Shown in pieces: positions 39,559 to 52,601 of a stretch of 64,000 nt of DNA (position 1 is its first letter; each line of letters starts with the position of its first letter). The stretch is from Octopus sinensis (lineage: Eukaryota). The stretch spans positions 111,848,001 to 111,912,000 of the forward strand of contig NC_043001.1 in the NCBI RefSeq assembly GCF_006345805.1, read 5' to 3'. The position numbers and the translations under genes are program-made. The notes beneath the pieces were generated by a model, which saw only the letters and a program-made list of their open reading frames with translations, ran no database searches and was not told the DNA's origin.

Positions 39559-40283
39559 TATATTGGTAGGAGATTGGAACATCAGGACAATATTTCATTT
39601 TGCAACATTCATTTGGGTAGATTCTGTATAACTCCAAGCTGATTGCTTAATGTTTAATATGAGACGAAAACCACAAAACGGAACAGAGAACGTACGTGAA
39701 TAGATACGTATAAGGAAAAAAAAAACCGGTCTGTTAAAATACTGAATATCGTTTAGTATGACGTATCGTATTTCCGTTTATTTTACATTATCTTTCTGAT
39801 TAGCCTCAGGGTATTGGCTAAATTGGATGAAATGTCAAACAGATGTCTTGACTCTATTCGATGTAATAATGTAATCAGGAAAATTGTTGCTTGAGTGCCG
39901 GAATAACACAACTTCACTTAGTTTCATCAGCTCTACGTTGTCATGATAAACTGAAATTCAGTCAACAAAGTAAAGGAGACATTGAGCTTGGAATACAGAT
40001 GCGGCACTAATAAATGATACTGGCTATTAAACTGCGGCCATGCTAGGGCACCACCTTGAAAATAGGATCGAAAGGATCGACCCTATTACGTATTAGCTTT
40101 AAAGCTTGGTGTTTATTCTATCGACCTCTTTTTGCCGAACCGCAAGTTTATGGGGACGTAAACACACAAACGTTTGTAATGCGATAATGTGTGATAGACA
40201 AAGACTCAAAGATATATATATATATATATCCCCCACATCACTCTCTCTCTCTCCCTATATATATATATATATATATATATACC

Positions 40284-40966
40284 CTATATGAGAGAGGTTT
40301 TCTTTAAGTATTGGAAATAGTTTTTAAAAAAGTTTTTTTAGCTGCTATTTCTAATGAGTTCAGTATGCGGCAAAGTAATTTATTTTACTAAGCCCTTTTA
40401 TATAATGTAATAATTTGAATTCGCCTTAAATGGTCCCTTTGCATACTGAATACTTGGTGAAATTGATTAATTAATTAATTTTACCCTCAATTGTTGAAAT
40501 TATAATTCATCTCTCTCTATATAATGCCGCGGATTTTACCGAAAAAAGCATAGTGTTTGCTGATTTTAACCCACGCTGGTGGAAAGGGGAGAGCAGAAAT
40601 TCTTCGCTTGCATTTTTGAGTTTGTTGGCACTGTTAGTTACGAGCAGATCTTCAGAAGCGAGAGGAAGCCGAAAGGGTATGCTCCTACTTTCAGTGTTTT
40701 CAAATCCAAACCAGGGAGTTCTGAGCTGATGATAGAAATGTCGAATTTTGACTAATCTTGAAACGTACGTTCTCAAATAACCTTTGCACTTGATTTTTTA
40801 ATGTCTCTACCCCCATATTTGCGTGGGTTGAATTGAGCAAACACTATATGAGAGAGGTTTTCTTTAAGTATTGGAAATAGTTTTTAAAAAAGTTTTTTTA
40901 GCTGCTATTTCTAATGAGTTCAGTATGCGGCAAAGTAATTTATTTTACTAAGCCCTTTTATATAAT
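40284..40966 (+). mobile_element. 560-bp hammerhead-containing unit with 123-bp terminal redundancy (PLE pLTR or retrozyme-like)
   Basis: 40284-40406 is repeated at 40844-40966; a hammerhead motif lies at 40722-40775; (TA)n flanks both sides; no recognisable protein. Confidence 0.7.
40722..40775 (+). ncRNA. Minimal type I hammerhead ribozyme motif
   Basis: TGAG-CTGATGA-[tagaaat GTCGA att TTGAC taatctt]-GAAA-C-gtac-G-T-T-CTCA. Stem I is TGAG/CTCA, stem III is palindromic (AACGTACGTT), triplet GUU; proximal stem II is imperfect. Confidence 0.7.
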
Positions 40967-40975
40967 ATATATATA

Positions 40976-41018
<43 letters not shown>

Positions 41019-41524
41019 TTTAAGAGGCAGAATCACCCTCAAGTAACTCAATCATCATTGAACGACATTATCCACGATAGGTACATATAGAACTAAATAA
41101 TAAAATTATCAAAATTAATACCTTCAATTCCTATTCTAAATCATATACTTTACATAGACACTCGGAAATAAATACCCTAATATTAATTATATATATATGG
41201 TGGGCTTCATTCAGTATCAGTCCCTCAAGTCCACTCACAAATCTTTTGGTTGGATAGAGGCTATAGTAGAACACACTTGCTCCAGGTGCCACGCAGTGGG
41301 ACTGATCTTGGAACCATGTGGTTGGAAAGCAAGCTTCTTACCACACAGCCATGTCTTTTAATTTTCAAGATGTAAGCGTTGCGAGATGTGATCCTGGGTA
41401 CTGAAAATAAAATACAATATCCTCACAGCTGAGATTATGTATAAAGTAGATCAGTATATACCGGATTTGAGAAGGAAACCTTTCGTCATTTAATGTGTTT
41501 TCTGAAACCTTTATAATGTAGATC

Positions 41525-41917
41525 GGAGTCGCAATGGCCCAGTGGTTAGGGCAGCGGACTCGCGGTCATAGGATTGCGGTTTCGATTCCCAGGCCGGGCG
41601 TTGTGAGTGTTTATTGAGCGAAAACACATAAAAAAGCTCCACGAGGCTCCGGCAGGGGATGGTGGTGATCCCTGCTGTACTCTTTCACCACAACTTTCTC
41701 TCACTCTTACTTCCTGTTTCTATTGTACCTGTATTTCAAGGGGATGGCCTTGTCACTCTGTGTCAGGCTGAATATCCCCCAGAACTACGTTAAGGGTGCA
41801 CGTGTCTGTGGAGTGCTCAGCCACTTACACGTTAATTTCACGAGCAGGCTGTTCCGTTGATTCGGATCAACCGGAACCCTCATCGTCGTAACCGACGGAG
41901 TGCTTCCTTTTCCCTCC
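41525..41917 (+). mobile_element. SINE family C, body type 3, with a 13-bp TSD
   Basis: TSD tataatgtagatc at 41512-41524 and 41918-41930. Confidence 0.88.
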
Positions 41918-41999
41918 TATAATGTAGATCAATGTTGTGAGTTGGAAAAATTATTTTCACGCCGGCGGCAGATATACCTAGTGACAATTTGTCTCTCTT

Positions 42000-42752
42000 T
42001 ACCTCCTGAGTTCGACACGGAGATTCATTTTACGTTTCATTCTTTCGGGATTGATAAATTAAGCACCAGTTCAGTATTTGGTTCCATGTAATCGACTTAC
42101 CACCTTCCCCGACATTACTAGCCTTGTGTCAAAATGTGAATGTGTGGTGAGTAACTTGCTAACCATCCACATGGTTTCGGGTTCAATCCCACTGCGTGGA
42201 ATCTCTGCAAGTTTCTTCTACTATAGCCTCGGGCGGACCAAAGCCTTGTGAGTGGATTTGGTAGACGGAAACTGAAATAAGCCCGTCATATATATGTATA
42301 TATATGTATGGGTGTATGTATATGTTTGTGTGTCTCTGTTTGTTCCCCCAACATATCTTGACAACCAATGCTGGTGTGTTTACGTCCCCGTAACCTAGCG
42401 GTTCGGCAAAAGAGACCGATAGAACAAGCACTAGGCTTACAAAGAATAAGTCCTGGGGTCGATTTGCTCGACTAAAGGTGGTGCTCCAGCATGGCCATAG
42501 GCAAATGACTGAAACAAGTAAAAGAGTAAAAGAGTGCATTAAATGTAGAGGCGCAATGGCCTAGTGGTTAGGGCAGCGGACTCGCGGTCGCAGGATCGCG
42601 GTTTCGATTCTCAGACTGGGCGTTGTGTGTGTTTATTGAGCGAAAACACCTAAAAGCTCTACGAGGCTCCGGCAGGGGGTGGTGATCCCTGCTGTACTCT
42701 TTCACCACAATGGCGGTGCCCCAGCATGGCCACAGCTCAAGAGCTGAAACTG
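42000..42752 (+). mobile_element. SINE pile-up: partial B (42000-42140), A (42145-42537), truncated C (42547-42710) joined to an A-like tail fragment (42711-42752)
   Basis: Each segment matches other copies in the window. Confidence 0.8.
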
Positions 42753-43160
42753 GAAAAACAAAACAAAAACAAAACAAATGTTGTACTGGAACTTACTCCA
42801 GGTTTTGCATGTTCGATTTACCCAATTTTTCATCAGTATTCGATATATAATCATCAGTTAAACACTAAGATCAATTAACTGGACTGTATATTCTGGACTG
42901 TATATTCTTTAGGAATTACAATCAATGTTTTGTTCTGCAAAATTTAATCTATACTATGAAGCGATAATGAAAATAATAGCCTCCATATCTACCTGTTGAG
43001 AGGTAATTTACTTAGCATTGTTTAATTAAATGTGAAAGGTTGAAATATCGACAAACTCGATTTTGACATTGCGGTCCATGCTAAATAAAAATCAACTTGG
43101 CTACATCATGTATGGTCTCGAGCCGCTTATGTTAGGAATATGTATGTAAACTAATATCAT

Positions 43161-43745
43161 CCAATCAACATCATGGTGTTTGGAGTGATCATTAGTGATG
43201 GCGAAGCTATGCCTCCATTCATCTTCCAACATGGCCTCAGACTCAACATGGAAGCCTACATGAAGTGCCTGGAGAAGTTAGTGCTGCTCTGGGTAAAGGG
43301 GATGGCTGCTAGAAGATCCTGTGTCTGGGAACAGGACTCTGTACCATGCCACACAAGCAGGAGGACCAAGTCATGACTGTCAGACAATTTCTGCGACCAC
43401 AACACCCCTTAACATCTGGCCACTTAACTCCCTATACTGTGACCTATTTGATTATAATGTGTGGGGCGCAGTTGAGCGAGAGACCAACAAAACTCTTTGT
43501 AACGCCAAGGATGAACTGAAGGCAAGGATTATGGCAGCGATCACCAACTTAAAGTAGGAGATCACCCAGAAGAGTTTCAGGACATTCCGAAGTTGTCTGG
43601 AGGCTATGATTTGAGCCAATGGCGATCTTATTGAATAGATTTATTCTTTAGTATTTCAAGATATCTTTTATGTAATTTTGGTTAAATATATATATTGAAA
43701 TGATATGTCAGTATTACTTTCACTTTTGCATAATTTAGACGGCAG
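43161..43745 (+). mobile_element. maT/mori (DD37D) Tc1-mariner transposase C-terminal fragment
   Basis: MVFGVI.SDG..MPPFIF..GLRLN.EAY..CLE...VWEQDSVPCHTS...IWP.NS..CD.FDYNVW..VE. After correcting a 1-nt insertion there are 37 residues between the last two Asp. Confidence 0.85.
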
Positions 43746-43857
43746 TAATAATAAAGGGTAAAATTCATTAATGATTTACCAGGTGGTCAGCGCGGAAATA
43801 AAAACCTCATAGGTAAATTTTACAAATATTTTATAATTATATACATAATTGTAATAC

Positions 43858-43925
<68 letters not shown>

Positions 43926-44230
43926 GAGAGTTAAGAACGTTAAACAGTAGTTTTGTTGCAAAGTTATAGCGTCTCGATAGTAAATTTTCGTTTTATTCAT
44001 CCTAGATCAATAAAGTGAAATATAATGTTATATATTTTGTACGGTTAAATTTCATATACCCTTCCATTATTCTTTATAGTTTGATCCATTGTGAGAAGGT
44101 GAACTCACCATTTATGCTAGGTACCCCAGAGTTACGAAAAAATTGGTCATGTTCTGAACGATCATAGCATTGGTCATAAGATAATCCGTTCGTTGGATGC
44201 CCTGCAGTGCAGTTTCCTCCAAAAACAATT

Positions 44231-44566
44231 GAGACCCCCTTCGGTCATGACTGACCGTGGGATTTCACCTAGAAAGTTACCCTCCCAGGCACAAATCCGG
44301 GCAAGGTTGCTTATGAAAGGCCAGAAGTTGCCCATGCATACCGGCCTCCCCTCTCCACGCTACCAGTGTTATCCAAGGGAAGGGCAACGCCCGATACAGC
44401 TTGGCACCTGTGACGTCGCAACTTATTTCTACAGCTGAGTGAACTTGAGCAACATGAAATAAAGTGTGTTGCTCAAGAACACAGCACGCAACCCGGTCTA
44501 GGATTCGAACTCACAACCACACAATCGTAAGCTCGACGCTCTAACCCCTGAGCCAAGCGCCTTCAC
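44231..44566 (-). mobile_element. SINE family D (tRNA head gtgaaggcgcttggctcagggg)
   Basis: B box gagttcgaatcc; body gttcactcagctgtagaaat...cccttggataacact...catgaccgaagggggtctc. Confidence 0.82.
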
Positions 44567-46099
44567 AGAAACAATAGCGAGAGTGATATTCTACATCATG
44601 TCAAAAGACTATTTCACAGTTGCCAACATCTTTTTGCCATGTCAGTCATTTCGAGCTCTAGAGACGAAACGAGTTGCATTTTAGTGAATAGTTTACTTTC
44701 TCTCTAAATGACTTTTTAATGAAGTAGAAAAAAGCTAACGAAAAAATATAACAGTACTTGTAACATTGAGGGGAATGTTAAAATCAAATACAAAATAAAC
44801 GAATTCATTTTGTGATATTTCTCATCTTGAAGAAACATTAGAAAAAAAGATGATTTATTAGGTAGTTTTCATCGAGCTTGAGGATAGCTGAATATTCAAT
44901 TATTTAGCCATAACTATAATTATGTTTACCTTTCTGTACCTAATGAAATTTTAAAATGCCGATCGAGTGTTACTATTCAATTATGTTTTATCAAAAATCA
45001 CCACAGTTTTCTGGCTCGCACTCAAACAATAACTAGCTTGTAGCCTACCCAATTCTATTAGATTTAGAATTATCAGCCTGTCTGTCTTGAGTAAAATTAA
45101 TCATTTATACACAGTTCATCAGTTTGAAATGCAAGGGAAATCTTGGTTGTCTAAGATTCTCATGTACGCCACATTATATGAATTAACGTTTTCTTAACCG
45201 AACATTTTTAGATGAGATATTTTGCGTCCTTTAGAATTTGCAGAGAATGTGAATGGAATCCGATTGCCAAGAGTGAAAATACGTCAAAATAATCGGTATA
45301 ATCCATACTTTGTGAGTTTTATAAGGCTACAGTTTTTAGAATTCATCATTCGTAAAAAAGAGAATATAGACACAGATAATACCAAGAAAGAATGCTGAAT
45401 AAAATTTCTGCTGAAATATTAGTTGAATGGAAGATATAAATGAATGAAGTAATTATATTAAAGGTAGAAATCAAATTGTATGTGAGAAGGGCAAAGTTGT
45501 GAAAAAGAAAAGAAAAGTTTTTTTGCACATTAGATTAATGCAGGAAATAAGCATTTGCTAAAATGGCTTATACTATACAACACAAATAAAAACAAATTAC
45601 CACCTCGACAAAAGATTAAAGAGTAAATAATCTTGACAGTATGTAAAGTGAGATTTTTAACAGATTTTTGTTTAAATTTTTGTTTGATTTTATTCGATTG
45701 ATTTGCTGAAATAAAATTCACTTTGTTTCCGAAGCTAATTTAATTTTATGCTATAACTTATACAAAGAAAAAAAGAAACAGGAAAAAAAAAAGAGAAATC
45801 CCAGTAAACTTAAATGATAATTTATTTAACAGTGTGTATTGTTTCATCAAGAGAATTATCTCGAAACTTTGAAAATAAAATAATCGCTTTTAATGTTGTG
45901 ATATGGTGTTTTTCGAACGCTTTATAATTTCTTCATCTTATTCAAACTTTTTCTTTCTTTCACGGTCTTATGGCATCACGAACCAATCTGTATTGTCTTT
46001 CTTTAGTTATTGTTGCTTAGTTGTTATTGTTGCTGCTGTTGTTATTGATGATGTATTTCTTTTAAGTCTAATCTAATTCTGCGAATGTCATTGATTTAC

Positions 46100-46223
46100 T
46101 GAATGCATTTGTATTTGGTTGCTCAGGAGATTCCATGTTGTTCTAACGATGGGTTCCCAGAACGTGTATATTTATTCAAAGTCACCTGCAAAAGAAAAGA
46201 GAAAACAAAATGTTAGTTAGTCA
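46100..46223 (-). other. Putative 3' splice site and start of an exon of an unidentified minus-strand gene
   Basis: Minus strand TGACTAACTAAC (branch A at 46213), then attttgttttctcttttcttttgcag|GTGACT, AG ending at 46186. An ATG in caacATGG context lies at 46136. Confidence 0.4.
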
Positions 46224-46548
46224 TACAGAAATAGCAAATGTTTACAAAAAAACTAAGTAATTTATCATATCACACGTGTAGACATCAAACACCAGTTATG
46301 TGTTACAGAGCTGTCATATACGAAAGGCAGACAACTATAAAATAAAAATAAATCACAATATCTAAAGTGCAGCAGACGTGGACAAATCAAAGAAAAATTG
46401 ATATATCCCGTGTTCTTATATTTTGAATTACATAAACGCTATCGGTTCGTGAGAATTAAAAAAACCCTGTCACTCGCTTTCATCCCTAGAAATACTGTGT
46501 GTGCAAATGTTTGTGTGTTATGCATGTATATATATCTATATCTATATA

Positions 46549-46615
<67 letters not shown>

Positions 46616-46743
46616 TTATGTATATAAGTGTATATATATATATATATAATATATATATATATACAGACATATATATATATATATATATACAGACATATAT
46701 ATATATATATTATATATATATATACATACACACACACACACAT

Positions 46744-46820
<77 letters not shown>

Positions 46821-47201
46821 AATATAAAAATTTATAAATATAAATTAATAATTTTAATTTTTAAATTTAAATAATTTTAATTTTTAAATTTTATAATTTA
46901 TATATTTTGTATATTATATTAATTATTTTTATTTTTATGTTTTGGTTTATGTTTTTCAATGTTTCTTTTGCCTAATAGTGGTTTTATCTCTAATTTATAT
47001 ATATAAATTAGCTCCAGTTTCACCGAAACTTGCTGACCAGTGTTTAAAATGTGACATTAACCAGGTGTCCTTAGTGATCACACTTGGGGAATTCATTCTA
47101 TAAGTCTCAAGTCATTTTATAACGTGTCGCTCAATGAAAATCATTTCACTAGATCACTCAGAATGACATTTGATAATCAAGCCAGTTAGTTGTCTGATGG
47201 T

Positions 47202-47616
47202 TACTCTCTTTACTCTTTTACTTGTTTCAGCAATTTGACTGTGGCCATGCTGGAGCACCGCCTTTAACCGAGCAAATCGACCCCAGGACTTATTCTTTGG
47301 AAGCCTAGTACTTATTCTATCGGACTCTTTTGCCGAACCGCTAAGTTGCGGGGATGTAAACACACCAGCATCGGTTTTCAATCGATGTTGGGGGGACAAA
47401 CAGACACACAAACATATACAAACACATACATATATACATATATTCATATATACGAGGGGCTTCTTTCAGTTTCCGTCTACCAAATCAACTCACAAGGCTT
47501 TGGTCGGCTCGAGGCTGTAGAAGAAGACACTTGCCCAAGGTGCCACGCAGTGGGACTGAACCCGGAACCATGTTGATCGTAAGCAAGCTACTTACCTCAC
47601 AGCCACTCCTACGCCT
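47202..47616 (-). mobile_element. SINE family A
   Basis: Full head, body and tail. Confidence 0.87.
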
Positions 47617-48414
47617 ATGGTTGTCGATTATTTATTTACTTCATAAGGTTTCATCGCTCACGAGTAAGAATGTTTTGAATTAATCTCAACACCGTGTTTT
47701 GATTTTATCAACACACGCACGTACACAAACACACACGTGGTTATATGTATGTATTTACTAGAACTCATATTATCGAAGGGCACTATGACCATGCTACTTA
47801 AATACTTAAATATCACAGTTCTGTATCTCGTGCAATATGGTTGCTAACATCGAAAACCTGAGAATATTTAGCGAAATTTTTGTATTTCCTTTCCTTTAAC
47901 GTTGTTGTCTATTGATTTATTAATCCAGGAGCTGGGAAGCTATTATTGGCATGGATTTGCTAAGGGGTTCGCAGGCGTTTAGTAACAAAATAAATTGAGG
48001 CTAAACTGCGACTGGACTTCGAAACACTACCCCAGTAACTTCAATGTGTATTGCTTCCTTTATGATTAACAAGAAGGCAATTAAAAATCTCTGAATTTAT
48101 ACAATATATATGAACTATCCAATTGTTTAAGTCATCTACTATTGTGAACACAGATCTGTTTACATATTGGTCATTTAATAATTAATTGAATAAAAGATGC
48201 TTTTCATAGTATGGGAAATATCTAGAAAGAAGTTTATCATTCGATATTCCAAAACAAGTTCCACAAGAATAACTATACAAGAGATGTATTTAAATAACAA
48301 AAGAATTATGATGAAGCTTTCATTAATTTTCTTACTTCAAATAAAATTGATGCTTCTTTATAATTAATATCAAATATGAATGACTAATAAACTTTTGTGT
48401 AATATTAGTTTCAA

Positions 48415-48590
48415 ATTTTGGCTCAAGGCCAGCAACTTCGGGAGAGAGTTCCCCAATAATCAGCCGGTACTTATTTCATCGAACCCGGAATTCGACTTAG
48501 GCTGAAATAGAACTCAGAATGTAAAAACGGATAAAAACTCTACTAAGCATTTCGGCCGGCGTGCTAACGATTCTAACAGCCCTCCGCCCT
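48415..48590 (-). mobile_element. SINE family B, diverged (other diverged pieces at about 51760-51920, 52896-52981, 57950-58050, 59470-59660)
   Basis: Reverse complement gives ...gaatcgttagcacgccggccgaaatgcttag...ctgagttc. Confidence 0.65.
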
Positions 48591-50439
48591 ACCTTTGTGT
48601 AATATTAGATACAATATTACTATAACACAACTATGTTTTCGTTTGATAAAAGATAAAATTCGGTGGACAGTTAAAAAAAATGTATAAATACGAATTATAG
48701 ACGTATTTCATATCAAAATGAAAGTAACTCAAGGAAAATATCTTTCTGCAATAATACATTTGGTGTGAAGACATTTTTGTTTGGTTTATCCCGTAATTTG
48801 GGGTTTCAATTCACAGAAAATGTATACTAGAACAAAAGCTATACGTTTGAATCTGCATTTTCACGTCTGTATGTATGTATGTATGTATGTAGAAGCATTT
48901 GAGTATTTCGCTTTAACTATTTTGCCCCTCTTTTGAAAAATTCGTTAACTTTCCTCCTCATCCTTTCTTTCCCTTCCAAAACGTTGAGGAAATCGTTAAA
49001 GACTACCGAAAGGTAGCTGTAATTTTTCCCATGTTTACAGCATAATTTTTTTGTCACAGCTGTCAGGCAGGTGAAATATCTGCCTGCCTAGTTCTATTAA
49101 CGGACGGCGGTGAGACGATCTTCAAGATGAACTTGGCCGATATCCGGATCCTTATACACAACCACTCCTATGCCTATAAATAACAAGCCTTGTCCACTAC
49201 AAGCGGCGGGATTGAACTCACAAACCGATGACCGTAAACAGTAAACCACATGCCCTCACTATGTTGAAGCATTTTCGAAGGACACACATTAAGTGCACAA
49301 AATTGAAATGGGATACCATTAAAGCTAATCACACTGATATTAATAGCTGCTGCAAACGTTAAGATTGCAATAAAGTATTTTTTTCTTTGTAACGCTGTCT
49401 GGGTATCTATTTATGTTCACGCGAACCAAAACGAAACAATAATACTATTTCGATATCCGAAAGTATAAATTGCTGCTAGAAATGCAAAAACATTTATCTT
49501 CCTATTTTTAATCTGAGGATATGAAGGCAGTTGTCATAAAACTAGTCGTTTCTAATGGAGTGGTTTCGATGGTATGCCACTTTTCAAATTTTAGTTTGTC
49601 TCTGAGTCCTGTGTAGCTTACTCCTGTATTTGCTACACAAGGGTTTTTTTGTCAGGGCTTTGTTTTTGATTTTATCAACTATACAGTATAGTAGGGTCAG
49701 TTGGGCTAAATCTGCGAGTAAAATAGCACCATGATGCAGTTCACTCTGCCAGAAATTTGGAAACGACATACTGTGCTTCTTGGCATTCGCGCCGGAAGCT
49801 CCAATACGAACGTTTCAGAGTGTTTGGGTGTCATAATTGCATACTATAATTGCATTCTGTTGTCCTAGTTCTAGCTTAGAAATTATGTCTGGCAGTCTAT
49901 CTGTCTGTCTGTACGTATGTGTGTGTTTGTGTGTGTATGTGTATGTGTGTGTCTGTCTGTATGTATATACGTAAGTATGTATGTAATTTTTCATGCATGC
50001 ATGTTTGCGTACGTACGTATATGTAAAATCTGAAACGTATTTATTCAAATACTTAGGAATCAACGAAATATATAGAATACAGGGTACAAAACAAAGAAAA
50101 GATAAAGACGAATTTCATTAAAACAGAACATTTTGTTTTTAAAAAATGGGATTTCTTCACAATATTCTATTTATATAAGTGGTGTGCAACCTTTATAATA
50201 TACACGTTAATGTAAATAAACTAGAATAAGGAAAATAGCGGTTGCTTTTAGAATATACCACCCCAAATTTGATATATGTTATTCATACTACAAATTAAAG
50301 GCGACATGGTCCTTCTACATGCAGATAAATATTACAAAATATGCACCGAAGATTATTGATAGTTATTAAGAAACAGAAAGAAGTTTGTAAAGTAGCTGAA
50401 ATTAAGTTAAACGTTCTATTGAATGCAATGATAAAGCGA

Positions 50440-51035
50440 TGTCAATAAATTCTTCAGAATAGAAATAGACGAAGTAAAGACTTCACGCTGTATAAGAAAC
50501 GCAGGACTTACTGAAAAGAACAGAATCTAAATGGTCCTAATTTTGCGGCACAAAATCAAAGTCTTTCTCCAAGAACGACTAAAACACACGTAATTAACCA
50601 GACTAGAATAAGTAACTGTAGAATATGCGGTGATATCAAAAACAGATTAAATCATATTATCTCTGGCTGTCCAGGCTAAGCTAAGAAAGAATATATCCAC
50701 TGACGAAAGATACTATCGAAATTCAAAAATCGGGAAATAAAAATAACCCGAATGTGAAGCCTGACAATACGTATTTCTACAATAATACAAAAATAGGTGG
50801 TTGGAGAATGATAAAACGTACATGTAAATACAGAACAAAAACCACTCAGGAGGTATGAATGAATGTAGCATAAAGAAAATAGTACTGTTAAGCACCGCAT
50901 ACATCTTCTGTAGAATACTTTTTAATTCACCGAAAGAACCCACAACGCATACCCAGATCATACTGAGCTGCACACGGGAAGATACACGGTAAGAAATGGA
51001 GACAAAAATGAAAGAAGGAAAACTCACGATAGTTA
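50440..51035 (+). mobile_element. R4/Dong-like RLE non-LTR 3' fragment with internal deletion and (GAT)n tail
   Basis: AAQNQSLS...SNCRICGDIKNRLNHIISGCPG*AKKEYIH (CCHC knuckle) and a terminal IKKIVLLSTAYIFCRIL. Confidence 0.75.
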
Positions 51036-51063
51036 TGATGATGATGATGATGATGATGATATA

Positions 51064-51624
51064 AATGCCCTGACGCAGTACCAGATAGTGGCTCTCATGG
51101 CTTCTAATCTTAACTGATTGGAAGTGTTATCATGTACATTGATTTGTCTCTGCATAAAAGATGGACTACAGGAAATATTCTGCTTAATACCACAGATTTG
51201 CTTGTCAGTTGTTTGAAATCAAACAAGTTAAGCATGTCCCTTAGTGGTTGACGATATGTGTATCTCTGATCACGAGCAGAAGTAGTGGGAGAGCATCATA
51301 CCCATGTGTTGAGAGTGATTCTTAGAGGTTTGGATAATTCACCTTTGGAGACATGGGTGGTTCGTTCAACATCCTTAAACAATCCTTATTCAGGGAGCTT
51401 TTGAGCAGGATGGGTTACTCGACGTGGAGAAAATTCTAACAGGGCCCACCTGCTAGGTCATGCGCTGTTTATCTTGATATGAGATCACCATGTCGCACAC
51501 ATATGGTTGTGATGCATGTGCCTAGTGTACCCTTATCAGACGTGTAATCATGATGGGTATACTGGGTTTCGTATATTTTACCCCAGTGTCACTTTGATGG
51601 CATGCACTGCACTCTCATTCACTC

Positions 51625-51625
<1 letters not shown>
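51064..51625 (+). mobile_element. ~560-bp non-coding element flanked by trinucleotide tracts (copy 1; strand assigned by the (AAT)n tail)
   Basis: Reverse-complement homologue of 55094-55652. Preceded by (GAT)n, followed by (AAT)n then (AAG)n. Confidence 0.85.
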
Positions 51626-51720
<95 letters not shown>

Positions 51721-52205
51721 AAGAAGAAATCTTTTCTTCTGTCGGCACTACGCTTGAAATTATGGAAGAGGGAGGCTAGCCCATAAAATCAACTCCGGTG
51801 CTCAGCAGATAATTATTTCCTTGACGCAGAACGAATAAAAGGCAAAGACGGCATCGACAGAATTTGAAATCAGAACGTAGAGAGTCTAGTCAATTACAAC
51901 GTTCCCAGTGTTCGACTGATAGATATTTCATAGACCATCGCCACACCCACCAAATCGTGAGAAACAAAGTTGACCTCATCGCAATTCAGAATACATGGAC
52001 AGATGCAGTGTTTTTGATGATACAAATATCTTTTTCCACGTCTTCTTTAAACGTGCTTCTACTTGATTCATAGAATTTGGATATATCGAATATGACTGTA
52101 AGAGAAACAGTTCTTTTGAGTAACTTCTTAAGGGCATCTGTGTGGAATATGTTGGAATTTCGATAAATGGAGAGACGAAAATTTCAAGACTCTACCTATT
52201 TTAGA

Positions 52206-52601
52206 TATAACTAGCAGTATCGCCCGGCGTTGCTCGGGTTTGTAAGGGAAATAACTATAAAGCATTTTTAGAGAGTTATAGCCAAAAATAGTAAAAAATG
52301 CATTAAAAATGGAAAAAAAATTATGGTAAATTTTTTTTAAATCGTTGACTCATCGTAGACATTTTTAGAGAGTTACTTCCCTTTATTTAAAAAATATGCA
52401 TTAAAATGGAAAAAAATGATGATAAATTATTTTTAAAATCGTAGATTCACCGTAGACGCGCGCTAATACCCAGAAGGGCTCGATATGAATCACGACTATA
52501 AGATACCCGGTTTTGGTTAAACTGCATCGCAAAATGTGGGAGTAGTTAGGAATCTAAATCGGAGTAGACAAACACACAACCTTTCTTTTATATATAAAGA
52601 T
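52206..52601 (+). mobile_element. Helentron-associated (HINE/DINE-1-like) non-autonomous element
   Basis: Starts tataactagcagtatcg with a CCCGG..TCGGG hairpin (52223-52238), has two internal ~100-bp subrepeats, and ends cttttatatataaagat. Confidence 0.65.

Noticed and set aside
27155-44566. tRNA genes
   Set aside because: All A/B-box sequences are SINE heads that continue into SINE bodies and do not close a cloverleaf.
49064-49091. CAGGCAG/CTGCCTG hairpin followed by CTAG, a possible Helitron 3' end
   Set aside because: The hairpin is only 1 nt from CTAG, and no 5' end or second copy is visible.
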